Part shown: in pieces, positions 52,518-64,000 of the stretch | How the letters are laid out: the number at the start of each line of letters is the position of its first letter | How positions within the stretch are numbered: position 1 is the first letter of the stretch | NCBI GenBank assembly: GCA_030248215.1 | Contig: JASANG010001881.1 | Span: 434,001 to 498,000 of the forward strand | Direction of reading: 5' to 3' | Source: Enoplolaimus lenunculus | Taxonomy: Eukaryota | Length of the DNA stretch: 64,000 nt | The notes under the pieces: generated by a model | Told to the model about the DNA's origin: nothing | What the model saw: the letters and a program-made list of their open reading frames with translations, nothing else | Databases searched by the model: none | Program-made: the position numbers and the translations under genes

Positions 52518-53145
52518 TTACCCCCATATATACTAAGAATGTAGTGCAGTAGAGCCATTTTTTACTTTTCTCTTGTGGTAGTTGCAGCATGCCCCGACCC
52601 CCATATATACTGAAAATGTGGCGTAGCAGGGACAGTTTTTACTTTTCTCGGGTGAGGAGTTGCAGCACCCCCTGACCCCCAGTTTCAAGGGACGCGGAGG
52701 CTGAGTAGAATAAGTGGTCCAATAAGGAGTTGCTTAGCGTGAGGTGATTGGGGAGTGACAGCTCCCATCCTGCGTAGGGTTCCCTGAAGTTGCAGGGGAT
52801 CAGGGGGGCGGCAGCACCCCCAGAGAATCCAATTAAAGAAAATTTTTCTACGTGGAGTAGCTTTTCCTTGCTGCGGGGCCAACGGTCCGCTGTCCCGCAG
52901 TCCCAACTGTCGCTACTGTCCCAATAATATTTGTTGGGTGTACTCCTGGTACACTGCTGTCTTGGAAAATTGGGACGGCCTTTAGGGTAACATTGACCGA
53001 GGTTTTTGTAGACTCAAATAGATTTTCAGCCCCATGTAAAGATCAGGAGCAGAACGTTTTTCTGTGGCACTGCAATAAAGTAAGATTAAGCTTTAAACAA
53101 TTTTTTTTGCTTGGCTTAGGCTTATGCTTAGGAATATCCTTATAA

Positions 53146-54220
53146 TGTCGCTCACACGTTACCATACGTGCACTCGGCACATCCATCGTCCCCCTATACT
53201 GTTTTTAAGAAGTTAGCTATACTGTTATTGTGTAACTGTGCGCGGAAATTTTATCTCTAAATAAAAAATGTCCGCATAGAGTTTATTGCATTGACGGACA
53301 TTTTGTATACTGTTTGCGCATTATGTTAATATTAAATATAGAGTTACGTGAATTGTCGGACTTTGTCGTTACAGTCTAAAAGGTGTCGCCGGAAAGCGCT
53401 AAGTAAGGTAATTAAATTTTGTTGCTTTTTGCAAGTTCGCCAACATTTCCCGCCAAAATTTGAATTTTCCCTCCAAAATTTGAATTTTCCGCCAAAATTT
53501 TAATTTTGCCGCTAAAATTTGAATTTTGGCGCCAAAATTTGAATTTTGCCGCCAAAATTTGAATTTTGCGCTAAAATTGTAATTTTCCAGCCAAAACTTG
53601 AATTTACCACCAAAGATTGATTTTTCAGACCAAAATTTGAATTTGCCGACAAAATTTGAATTTTCCCGCCTAAATTTGAATTTGCCGCCAAAATTTGAAT
53701 TTTGCCGCCAAGTTTGAATTTCCTGCAAAAATTTGAATTTCCCGCCAAAATTTGAATTTTCCCGCCAAAATTTGAATTTCCCGCCAAAATTTGAATTCCC
53801 ACCAAAATTTGATTTTGCCGCCAAAATTTGAATTTTCCCGCCTAAATTTGAATTTGCCGCCAAAATTAGAATTTTCCCGCCAAAATTTGAATTTCCCGCC
53901 AAAATTTGAATTTCCTGCCAAAATTTGAATTTTCCCGTCAAAATTTGAATTTCCCCGCTAGGTATCCCTAATGTGTCAATTATATAAAAATATTGTCCGC
54001 TACACTGTTTTTCGAACATTTCAATGTCCTAGACAGTGTCACTGCAAAACAGTTTTGTCCGGATAGAGTTTCCGTGAAATTCTATGATGTCCGCGAATGG
54101 CGGCGATACTGTCGGAAAATGAAGGGTTTCGATAAAACATAAGCCGGACAAGCTATTGAATTTATTTTGGGAGGGGACATTTCGTGTGCCGAGTGCACGT
54201 TTGGTAACGTGTGAGTGACA
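53146..54220. mobile_element. TIR element with TAA TSD nested in a TTAGGC MITE, carrying a minisatellite
   Basis: TIRs TGTCGCTCACACGTTACCATACGTGCACTCGGCACA / TGTGCCGAGTGCACGTTTGGTAACGTGTGAGTGACA; TAA duplicated at 53143 and 54221. Confidence 0.8.
53445..53958. repeat. 19-20-bp minisatellite (CCGCCAAAATTTGAATTTT)n
   Basis: About 26 diverged units visible; explains the repetitive ORFs at 53399-54019. Confidence 0.95.
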
Positions 54221-56858
54221 TAATACTGGCCGCCGATGTTCTTTACACTCGCCGATTTTCAGAACATATTCGACAACATGAAATTCGTATGAAATGCTTT
54301 TATGAAAAACACCTTTTGACTGAGAAACATTATTTAGAATCTGTTTCTATTTGATTTGAGGTTGACTATAATATATACCATCAAACATGATGGCCCTTGT
54401 TACTTTAAGGGGCGTCCAGGTTTCTGGTGGGTCTATAAAACAGTAGGTTAAGATTCTAGATTATATCTTTTGCTTAGGCTTAGGCTTAGGAATACATTTT
54501 GCAACGCTTAGGCTTAGTCTTAGGCTTAGGAATACGCTTAATCCACTGTTACGCCCCTTAAAGTAACATTGGCCGAACAGATTATCCAACACAATTAAGT
54601 TGCCACTCGGTAACCCTTCGCCAATCAATTCTTGCACCATGCCAAACGGTGATAAGTTGCCGCAAAGGACACATTGAAGTGCTTATTTTCTCATAAAAGT
54701 TGCAGGTGCAACATCGAAGCAACCGGTAAATATTTGTTTAACTAAAAATCCTGCAGACACAAATGAGAATCGCTTGCAATGTTTTAAATTGTAAACTGAA
54801 AATAATATTTTTTGCTGCCACACTTATATTTTGTTTAAGCTGGAACTTTTCTAAGTTCTGCAAAAATTCTGCAGCTAAACTTGTCATTTGCAGGCAAGAC
54901 TGTCACTAATTTTTGTAAATCTACATTTTCTCACAGTAAAGTGAGACAACTGTTCAACTTTATTCACAGGAACTTACTACTTTTAGACAAAAAGAAAGAA
55001 AATAAACAACATTCTGTAGCTTGTTTTACGTATTTAACACACTAGACTTCAATGAGGAAAGTCTGTGTTAGGTGTTAGGATCCAGGGATAATCAAATATC
55101 CGTTTCCGCTAAAAATCTGTGTCCGTTTCCGTTAGTTTTACTATCCGTTTACACCCTGGTGCTCTCATTGTTAGGTGCTTCATATATATGTATATAACAC
55201 ATATGCACTGGAACCTATGTCTGACGTTGACAGTTTAAGCCAAGTTTGTGCCTCAAACTGAGAAAACTGCCTCAGCAAAAATGTACGCGTCAATACCGCT
55301 TTCACTCTGACTCTCGATCTCCAAGGGTCTCCAGAGCATGATTCTGTTAGGCCCACTGGAGTCATACCTGATAATTGCGGATCCCCAAAGGTCACAGAAA
55401 AATTCAATCGATGTTCGAATTCTGCCCTTTTTTGTGTTCAAATGTCAAGGCCCATAGTAGTGGCAAGGGGCAGTCACCATGATATGGACCCATGTTGATA
55501 TTTATTTGGCCTCTCGAGAGGGTACCCCCAAGTTATTCGGTCAAGGACTGTTATTTATTTTTAACCCGCACTCCGCCACCTTCGTACTGACATACATCCG
55601 CTATTGCAACTATCCGTTGAATTAATCGTTTTTCGCCTTGCAGCAAAAGCTTGAGCGATAATGCAAGGTGATCCTTTGGAATGTTATTTTCAAAATTTAA
55701 GTACGCTTTAAAGTTTCGAACTCAACTTTATTTGTTCCTGGAGTCATTTATGCGCCACAATTTGGGGTAATTGACATTTATGGACTCTAATTTGGGTTTA
55801 GAGACTCTATCTGCTTACGGACTTTTATTACTTTTATTAGAGATACGGACTCGTATTGATTGGGACTCAAAATGGGGAACCCCATTATTGCACCCCCCTC
55901 TTATTCGGGTCAATACAGTAAGGGTTTTCGTTAACTTACCAGCAAGGTTGATAATTTTCTTGGACGGGCCAAAATGTATCCAGGAGCGCTGAGCCCCCCT
56001 GGACCCCCTTGGCTACGGGCACGTTCCGCCAATGCAAAATGTGTTGCGTTTTAGCTTCGGATGTGGCTAGCGTTATTTTACCTCCAATAGCTTCATAGTT
56101 GGTGCAAGGGTATTAAGGTATGCTTATGTTTGGCCCAGAGGGAGGTAAAATTTAAGGGGGGTATTCTGGAATGTTACACTTGTACCAACGGCAAAGTTAA
56201 TTCGATTTCATTATAAAACTTTAAAACATAACATTTCTAGCTAAACAACCAATTATTAACATTAATGTATAATTTTGATCTTATTTACTGAGCTTCTATT
56301 AGCTTGGCTCTTTTAAACAGTTTCAATCAACTCCTTTTCTTATTTAACAGCGCCGGAACAGTAGTATAAGCATATTCCTAAGTCTAAGCCTAAGCGTAAA
56401 AAATGAGCATATACCTAAGCCTAAGGGTAACCTAAGTCTATGCCTAACCAAAAACATAAGTCTAAACCTTACGCTTACTCTATTACAGTCCCGCCGGAAA
56501 ACGTTCCGGCCCTGTTCTATACATGGGCCCAACTTTCGAACAACAAATGATTCGTCTAGTGGTCAACCAAAATTTTCATAACAGAATTTTTTGATCCTTT
56601 AGACAAATTCAAACAGGGGGGGTGAATATCTGTAAGGGGTTGCGGGCCTCTCGGTCCCCATTTTCTCCCGTTGTTGCATCCCTGCCGTCTTTCTGTTGAC
56701 CTTAAAATTATTTCGTTGCCCTGTTTTTGTCTTCCGTTGGCTTCAACTGCTCAATTTTTATTTTCATATTTCTGCTTTTGAAAAGTTTATGACATTGCAA
56801 CATTCAGTGAGTCTCAAAAACCGAAACCCAACACGACGAACCAGGCGAATGAAATCTG

Positions 56859-57078
56859 GGTCCGTATTCTCAAATATCTGTAGCACCAATGACCAATTGG
56901 TGATAGGTCTTGTAACTTTCGAACCAGTGAATGCTGAGGCTCAAAAATCAGTACATTTTCGCACATGATTTGCTCGACATCTGAACCAAATTTAATTTCA
57001 GCAACTGCAATAGTTAGCGAGTTTGAAAACCTATCACTAACTGATGATAGTTAGCTATACAGATTTGAGAGTACGGGC
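56859..57078. mobile_element. Harbinger-like MITE (CWG target); second copy at 61701-61919
   Basis: TIRs GGTCCGTATTCTCAAAT / ATTTGAGAGTACGGGCC; the 61.7-kb copy is flanked by CAG on both sides. Confidence 0.65.
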
Positions 57079-58670
57079 CCAGAACTCAATCTTCCTTAAA
57101 ACTCAATAGATTGTTTTAAGTCTGTTTTCGCTCAGGTTCAAATGAAATTGAATTCAAAGACAAGTCCGGTATGATTCCTGCCAAGCCGGCTATATTTCCG
57201 GCAGAGTTCGGTTGAATCTAAAAATCTCCCTGCGGTCTAATAAATAGAGCATTGGTTAGACTCAAAATACAAAATAAGATATTTCACATTATGCATATGT
57301 GTATGCAGTGAGTGAAACGCCCAACGAAACAATATCAGCTCAAAAATGGAATCGATAAAATTACGGATTACAAGTTGTCGGTCGACGAATTGTCGTATAA
57401 AGTTCTGATATCGAATCACGCTCGTATGGAAGGCACAATTAGGTATCGGTGTACTGACCCGATGGGCTGGTACGGCTTATGATATGTACGCAAATCATTG
57501 TCCAAAAGCATTCATTTTGTACTATTTCGTGTGCACAGTTTGCACTTTTAGTCACTCATACGCCATACTCGAAACGATTAAGCTTAAATTCAATTAAAAA
57601 AATTAACAAAAAATAACAAAAACTTTACGTCTCCGTGTACAAACCCGTATTCTTCAATAAAATTCAACGGCTCAAAACTGCTTATACGCATTTACAGAAG
57701 ACAATTTCAGCTTTCAAACATGGCAAAAAACTATTTGTGATCCCGTCATGATCCATCCCAAATAAGTAATATCAAATCCGTTTGTTTGTAGCTTTGATAT
57801 TTTCGACACAAACCACTGTCCACCAAACAAATCCTTGGCCCAACGCAGAGGTGCAGCTAAAGCGGACGGTACCAGATGATGATGGTCCCCTCGAACGACG
57901 TTGACAGATTTCTGCTCATATGATAAATGTTTTCTGAGCTGAGACAAATGAACATTAAATCCATATCGGCATACTTCAGTATGCGATATGACCCTCATGG
58001 CAATCCAGAAAGCTAAATACGGTCCCGGCTTAAAGGCACGAGTAATCCCCGTATTATAGACAACTCTAGCACAATGTGGCAACTATTCCTGATAAAGACC
58101 GGTGGTAAACAATTCACCGCCCCCATTTCCGGAAATACGACTACCAGTTGTATGTCCCAAAAGCCAGTCACTCGTATCACATCTCGAAATCCTGTTCCCA
58201 ATGGCTTATAGCGTTCTCTCGACATAGCGTTAGCTTAATAGTACGATTATGCTTAAGCTTTAGATTAAGGCTAGGATTAATATTAGGTTTACAATTCAAG
58301 GCTTTGCATTAAGATTAACTTTAGTTTTACAATTAAGCTTAGGATTAATCCTAGGGTCTTGAGTTTAAAATTCAACTTAACATTCGCTTTACGTCTAGCA
58401 GCATTCAGCTTTAGACTAAGATGAAATTAAAACTAAGATTATACTCAGGTTTAAAATCAGGTTTATAATTAACATTTGGATTTGGTTCAGACTTAGAATA
58501 TAGCTTAAGCTTAGAAAAAGGCTTAACCAGATTAGCACTGGACTTTGACTAACGATTAGACTTCGATTTAGCATTTGAGTTTGGATTAAGCAACGGCTTA
58601 TGCTTAGTTGTATTCATATTCAGCTTGCGATATGTCGAGTGTAACCCATAAAGCTACAATCAGGTCTTGG

Positions 58671-58905
58671 TTATCTCTTGCCAAAATGAGTCCGGTACAC
58701 ATTTGGCCAATCGTGAACGCTCCAATAACCGTTGCTAATAACGTTTTGGTGTGATTTGTACCATACAAAATCCGTCGTTTTATATGGAATGTGCCAATTT
58801 GGACCGTAGTCTGACTGTAAAAAACCCCCAAAATTACACGGAATATAAAAAAGATGACCTTTGAGATCGGCTGAACACAATTCGCCCAATCGAGGGTATG
58901 TCCAT
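58671..58905 (-). CDS. Fukutin/LicD-family gene, last coding exon
   Basis: TTTTTCAG acceptor; WTYP...LCSADLKGHLFYIPCN...DYGPNW.IP...W...HQNV..NG.W fukutin-type C-terminus; TAA stop. Confidence 0.9.
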
Positions 58906-58929
58906 CTGAAAAATATATAATATAAGATT

Positions 58930-59200
58930 TAGGGTGACGCTGTACTTGCCGTACGGTGTCGTCCGTCACTGTCCGGCGTTGTCCGTCACGGTGCGATATC
59001 GTACGTGAATTACTCACCTATGACACCGTGCAGTGACGGACGGCGCCGCGCGGCAAGTATAGCGCCACTCTAAAGCGTTGCGCCGTACTTTTCGTACGGC
59101 GCCGTCCGTCACCATACGGTACGGTACGTGAGTAATTAGCGTACAATACCGCACCGTGACGTACGGCACCGGACGTCATCAAAAGTATACCGCTACCCTA
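58930..59200. mobile_element. Two adjacent GC-rich palindromic Harbinger-like MITEs (GGGTTGCGCTATAC family)
   Basis: Inverted ends AGGGTGACGCTGTAC / GTATAGCGCCACTCT and GTATACCGCTACCCT; family ends also at ~1210, 4003-4057, 4825-4940, 16101 and 61080. Confidence 0.6.
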
Positions 59201-59606
59201 AATTGAATTTTTTGAAACGTTTGAGCACGTAGGCATTTTACCTTGTAAATTACATTTATACTCCCATATATTCACCATGCTTTATTCAAAATTCTCCCGT
59301 GAACTGGCGTTCTGACTGTATTTTTCGGTACGATTCAACTATTGCAATTTTTTCGGCACGCCACTAAGCTTACGCAAGGGCATCATATATATAACTATAA
59401 CCAGTAAGCAATATATACTAAGGGTCTAAAGTAGTATTTGCCTAATTAAAGGCCGATATTATGATGACCTGAAATACGCGTTAAATACATCATCATTCGA
59501 AGACAGATGAAATTGCTGTTGCAAAAAAAGTGCACTTGCGACTTGCATAAATTGCAGCTGCAAAAACTTGCATGTGTGAATAAACGCTCTATAAACACTT
59601 GGTTAC

Positions 59607-59734
59607 TTTAATTTTTTCCGCTGTGGAACAATCATACCACCGACCCAAGTTGTATTATCGGATTCAGTGAACAGAAAGAACAAATCAATTTTGACTCCGC
59701 TTGCGTAAACGCTCAACTCCAGCGAATCAGTTAC
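59607..59734 (-). CDS. Fukutin/LicD-family gene, exon VTDSLELSV...KIDLFF...WVGG
   Basis: TTTTCTAG acceptor, AA|GTAACC donor; DSLELS and KIDLFF are fukutin-type motifs. Confidence 0.9.
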
Positions 59735-60479
59735 CTAGAAAATTGATATTAAATTACTCTTAAAATATCTTAAATTTTGCAGAACGGCACAAATCTGGCC
59801 ACAGATTACGAACGTTGTTTAGTTTTACCGCACAAACGTACCCTATCCATAACAAACCTGAACCTAAGCATATGACACTGCAATAATATAAAAAGTCTGG
59901 TCGGAAACATACGCCTGCTATTAAATTAACACCAGTGCAGGGTGGAGATAAACAAGTAAGATTACAATTAAGCAGGGTTGAATGAATGACAAATATCAGT
60001 TTATATCCCGAAACGAGATGTAAAAGTTATATTCGAAACAAAATAAGCTTGAAACTTCAAAAATTGTCCGCTGTCTTTAAGGTCTCACAGGTCCGCGATG
60101 GCTCAGACCGGGGCGCAGCCTCGAGTTGTATGAATGATAATTTTCGTAAAATTTCTTACAATCAAAAATATATTAATAAAATTCAAAATACGTGTTCAAT
60201 TTTAAACAGTTGTTAAATGATAACTCGTCGCCAGACAACTTGTAATCCGCGAACATTCATCGGTTCGACAATCGCTAATCATTACGCTTAGGCTTACGAT
60301 TACACTTAGGATCAGGCTTAGGTTCATTCATTGGCTTTAGGACACTGTTGGGCGACAAGTTGTCAAATGACCAATTGTCGTAGGTTCGTGTTTGATTAAA
60401 TTGCATAAACAGTCATATTATCAAAGTACATCGCCTTTAAGAAGCCTCAAGTACTCGGTTCAAAGCAATATATCCCTAC

Positions 60480-60616
60480 TTTGCCTAATATCCAGTACAA
60501 CTTAAATCCGCGTTCGTTGATTAGCGCTTGTTCCATTGCAGAAGAATACTGTTCAATTGGTATCATAAGATCAATATCTGTTGTATCCGGTATAAGACCA
60601 CAGTGGCGATTCCAAC
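60480..60616 (-). CDS. Fukutin/LicD-family gene, exon with WNRHCGLIPDTTDID (DxD motif)
   Basis: TTTTTTAAG acceptor, AAA|GTAGGG donor; continues the GW.R.C..IP...DID motif. Confidence 0.9.
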
Positions 60617-60857
60617 CTTAAAAAATACGGTTAAATAAACTTAAAACGTTAAATAGTATAGCCGGAAGTCCGTATCCGGTTCCCATAGAAAATCCATCTC
60701 CGGTTACGGTATTATTCATTTCCTGTTGTAAGTACCCTTGACAATTATGATGACTAAGGGGCGCTGACCGATAATAAATTTCTAATAACAGTTTTGGGTT
60801 TAAATTGAATTCATAACAATCACTGGGTTTCAATTAAACCTTAAATGTCGGTTCGAA

Positions 60858-61078
60858 CACTGTAAAAAATGGTGAGTCAAATTGGCTCTCTCCGAAATAA
60901 GCTTTTCTTGACAACACAAACTGGAGTCAAATTCTACTCCGCCACAGTCAAATTCGACTAACTGAGCGATTCAGCGAACCGAGTTTGACTCTGGCGGAAT
61001 CGAATTTTGACTCAGTTTGTGTAGTCAGGAAAAGCCTTTTTCGAAGAGAATCAATTTGACTCGCCATTTTCTGCAGTG
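60858..61078. mobile_element. Palindromic CACTG...CAGTG MITE (CACTA/CMC-like)
   Basis: Long imperfect fold-back with AA on both sides; lies in a fukutin-like gene intron. Confidence 0.65.
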
Positions 61079-62162
61079 AAGGGTTGCGCTATACTCGCTG
61101 CGCGCCGCCGGAAGCCGCGTATATTAAAAATTGTCGCACGCCCATTAAATAGATTTCGTCCATATTTTGTTAACAACGTATAGCGGCGTGCGCAGCGGAC
61201 TCCGGCATAGTAAATTATAGCGCTGTTCAAACTTTAAACCAGTAGGTTTCCAACAAAAAGGTTCAAGTTGACAGATTTCAAGGAAAGACGCCGATGAAAT
61301 TTTTACCAGTTATTACTATCAGTACATGTAACAACCGGAACTTGAAAGCTAAGCGGCTAAAAATCGGATTACGGGCAGGTTAAACCTAGCGAGCAATGGA
61401 TTGTGAGCCAAGCACTCTACCAATGCGAATGCCATACGTAGCCCACGTCTCCAATCACTTTTATCGTCGACGATATATGTCGACTGCAAGTTGCCGGCTA
61501 GCATACATACAGTACATTGCACTAGAAATATTGCATGTGCACAAAAAGGACAATCATGTATCACATGCTAACTCATCCCAATTTTCAGCAAGGTCGCCCC
61601 TTGACAGTCCATTGTATTTTTCGAAACTTTAATAAATTTCAGAAGTTTCATAGAAGTTTAATATAACTTTATAATAAAACTACCCGCTAACACAAAGCAG
61701 GGTCCGTATTCTCAAATGTATGCAGCACCTATCACCATTTAATGATACGTCTTGCAACTTTTGAATCAGGGAATGCTGAGGCTCAAAATCATCACATTTT
61801 CGCATATGATTCGTTCTACTCTTGTACCAATTTTGAGTTCAACAATTGCAATAGTTAGTGAGTTTTACAACCTGATACTAAATGATGATAGATGCTATAC
61901 ATATTTGACAATATGGACCCAGGTATTAATGTTTTAAAACGACCGTAACCGCTGAAGAGATATGGATGGAAATGACGCCACAGTGGAATTTATTCGACGC
62001 GACAGGCGAAGTATTTTGACTTTAAAAGTATTTCATTTTAGCAAAATTTTCAAAAAATTCATTTCAGCTTGTATTTATTACTAATTTGAGAATTTTTTCA
62101 CGTATTTCAGTAAATATTCGTTTTTCGTTTCCGATATTTTCACTGCGCAGTCCGATGCTTAC

Positions 62163-62587
62163 CGAGCAGTGTTCCACCAAACAAAATCGGTGTTGCGTTG
62201 AATTGAAGTAAAAAATTACGAAAATACACCAGTCGTTCAAACTGTTCATCGTTGATGACATTTTCAACAGTCGATCCGTAGTGAGATTTCATCGCAGTAG
62301 CAAGCGATTCATTGCAGGGTATAAAATTTGAATTTTTTGATATTTTTAAAAATTGTTCAATATTTGTCGGCAAAATTAAAGGAAATGTTGTTGTTGTTGT
62401 TGTTGTTTTGGAAACAACTGTCGGAAATGAAAACTTTGTCAAAGAGGCTTCCAATAAACTACGCAGATGTTCAGTGTAGCTTGAATTTGGAGCAACTGAT
62501 GGTTGTGGTTGTTGCTGGTGGCGATCGTAGTTCGTGTACTGTAACCGTTGATCGGATATGTTGACTGAGACGACTGTGGTCCCAAAA
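62163..62587 (-). CDS. Fukutin/LicD-family gene, exon ending in PILFGGTLLG
   Basis: TATTTCAG acceptor, G|GTAAGC donor; GGTLLG is the LicD nucleotidyltransferase-fold signature. Confidence 0.88.
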
Positions 62588-63038
62588 CTGAAATAATTAA
62601 AAATTTGTCAGTCTTTTGACTTATAATTTAATAACATTTGTGAACATAAAAAAATATGGTTTAGTGTGGGGTTAAGCTTATATACTTCATGTTTACAGTT
62701 AAATTTTGAAAATTTTCGCTAAAACTTTTTGAATCCAAATGAGTAAATGTAGGCTTTGAAAATAGATTTTGTTAAATGTTGTATTTGAACGTGGAATGAT
62801 TTGAGGAGCTGTTGATGTGAACCCAGAAATGTCCCGGAGGGCACTTTCAGTTTGCATCAGCCAATGATTTGTTTTCAATTCAAATTTGATTAACAAATAT
62901 GCCTTAATTTGCAAAAATATCCAATCAAATTACAGTTTTTCCCGTTGCGATATCGAATGAAATCCGTCGAAAAATTAATTAATTCCAAAAACAGTTCACT
63001 TTTCACCGACAGAATATGGATTCAGAACTGAGACTTAC

Positions 63039-63229
63039 GGCAAAAACGCAGTTGGTCGGATTGCTATTTGCTCGTTTGGCAAATTGCAACGATGAAAGAA
63101 CCAATAATGCTGGCGTAATTCCATTTGAATAACGACCAACTGGACGTGGTTGTAAGCGCTGATTGGATGAAACACTACGCATGTTAACCCTTCCGTTGAT
63201 TGGTGCGTCCAATGTGACGGTAACAACGG
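63039..63229 (-). CDS. Fukutin/LicD-family gene, exon
   Basis: TTTTTATAG acceptor, CC|GTAAGT donor; phase matches both neighbouring exons. Confidence 0.75.
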
Positions 63230-63643
63230 CTATAAAAACAACAAAAACAAACATACCAACATAACGTCATTCACCATAATTACAAATCGACTCAATAGAC
63301 TCGTTCAGCTCATTCCTTATATTCCAAAGTTCAATTTGTCCAGTTAAGCATAGTCCTAATCTCAACGCAAACCCTGTAACCTGTACAGCAATCACTCAGA
63401 CCATCCTTTAAACTTATCATCGTAACACTCATTGAAATTCCAACTGTCGGTTTAAACCGTATGCTTAAGGTTAAACCTAAGCCTAAACGGTAATATTCAT
63501 ACTGAACCGCAAGGTTGTATCTAAAGTTGATCCTAAGCGGAGACCTCGAGCTTAAGCCTAAACTGTAAACCTAAATCTATTCTGTACTCAGGAGCCTAAC
63601 GCTAAGCTATTAACAAATTAACCGTACCAAAACGAACCTTTAC

Positions 63644-64000
63644 CACCGACACAAAACTGGTCATATTTTCGCGAGCAAATGTCAAACTTCGTAACGGCAG
63701 TTGAACTTGAGGCAGTTGAGTTTTGATTTCGGCCAGTGTTAAATTCCGTTGCCACAATTGGATCACTCGCAACACGACGGGATCAACCAATAAACCATGA
63801 AATCCGTTTGGGATTGCAGCCAAAACGCGCCACAAATCATCAGAAAATATCGTTGAAATTAGTCCTGTTGTTATCATCAATGGTTCTTTTGAAGTGTTGC
63901 CGATTTCAACGATCGGCGGCGTCTTCAATCTTTCTAATGTATTGCTTTTGTGGGTTTCATTTCTTTGAAGTCCGCCGACACCAGTTTCGTTCGTCCAATT
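63644..64000 (-). CDS. Fukutin/LicD-family gene, internal exon (runs off window)
   Basis: Open from 64000 (NWTNETG...GLLVDPVVL...SFVSV); phase-0 donor GTG|GTAAAG (alternative AAG|GTTCGT at 63638). Confidence 0.7.

Larger units (their letters stand above)
26845..52998. mobile_element. Older TIR element split by the HINE, the LTR element and a MITE (only the ends are recognisable)
   Basis: GGCCCATGTTACGTAAAGGCCGTCCCA...ACCAGGAG at 26845 is the imperfect reverse complement of CTCCTGGT...TGGGACGGCCTTTAGGGTAACATTGACC ending at 52998. Confidence 0.55.

Noticed and set aside
53445..53958. CRISPR-like array
   Set aside because: Units are contiguous with no unique spacers, there are no cas genes, and the context is eukaryotic.
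53399..54019. 206-aa, 97-aa and 83-aa repetitive ORFs
   Set aside because: Translations of the 19-20-bp minisatellite in several frames.
58240..58605. Telomere or chromosome end
   Set aside because: Highly degenerate interstitial hexamer-like tract, not a pure terminal TTAGGC array.

Overview
AT-rich, repeat-dense eukaryotic DNA with spliceosomal genes. A nematode origin is inferred from TTAGGC telomere-type repeats and a nematode-style fukutin/LicD gene. The dominant feature is a 23.9-kb LTR retroelement (27899-51797) with very long (~6.7 kb), nearly identical TG...CA LTRs, a 4-bp ATAT target-site duplication and a tRNA-Pro-like PBS. Its Ty3/Gypsy-order gag-pol survives only as stop- and frameshift-riddled motifs. 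A single GC-rich 534-aa ORF in the env position is intact and shows an SGNH/GDSL-like motif pattern with a non-canonical catalytic block; it is preceded by a ~400-nt CAA tract. The element appears to sit inside an older TIR element, next to a Helentron-type (HINE/DINE-1-like) insertion. Host genes are a single-exon Ser/Arg/Tyr-rich CDS (22970-23728, minus) and the 3' six exons of a fukutin/LicD-family gene (58671 to >64000, minus). The remainder is MITEs (hAT-, Harbinger-, piggyBac-, Tc1/mariner- and CACTA-like), tRNA-derived repeats and a minisatellite of CDE-CHR-like motifs. All alignments and counts were done by eye; no database searches were run.
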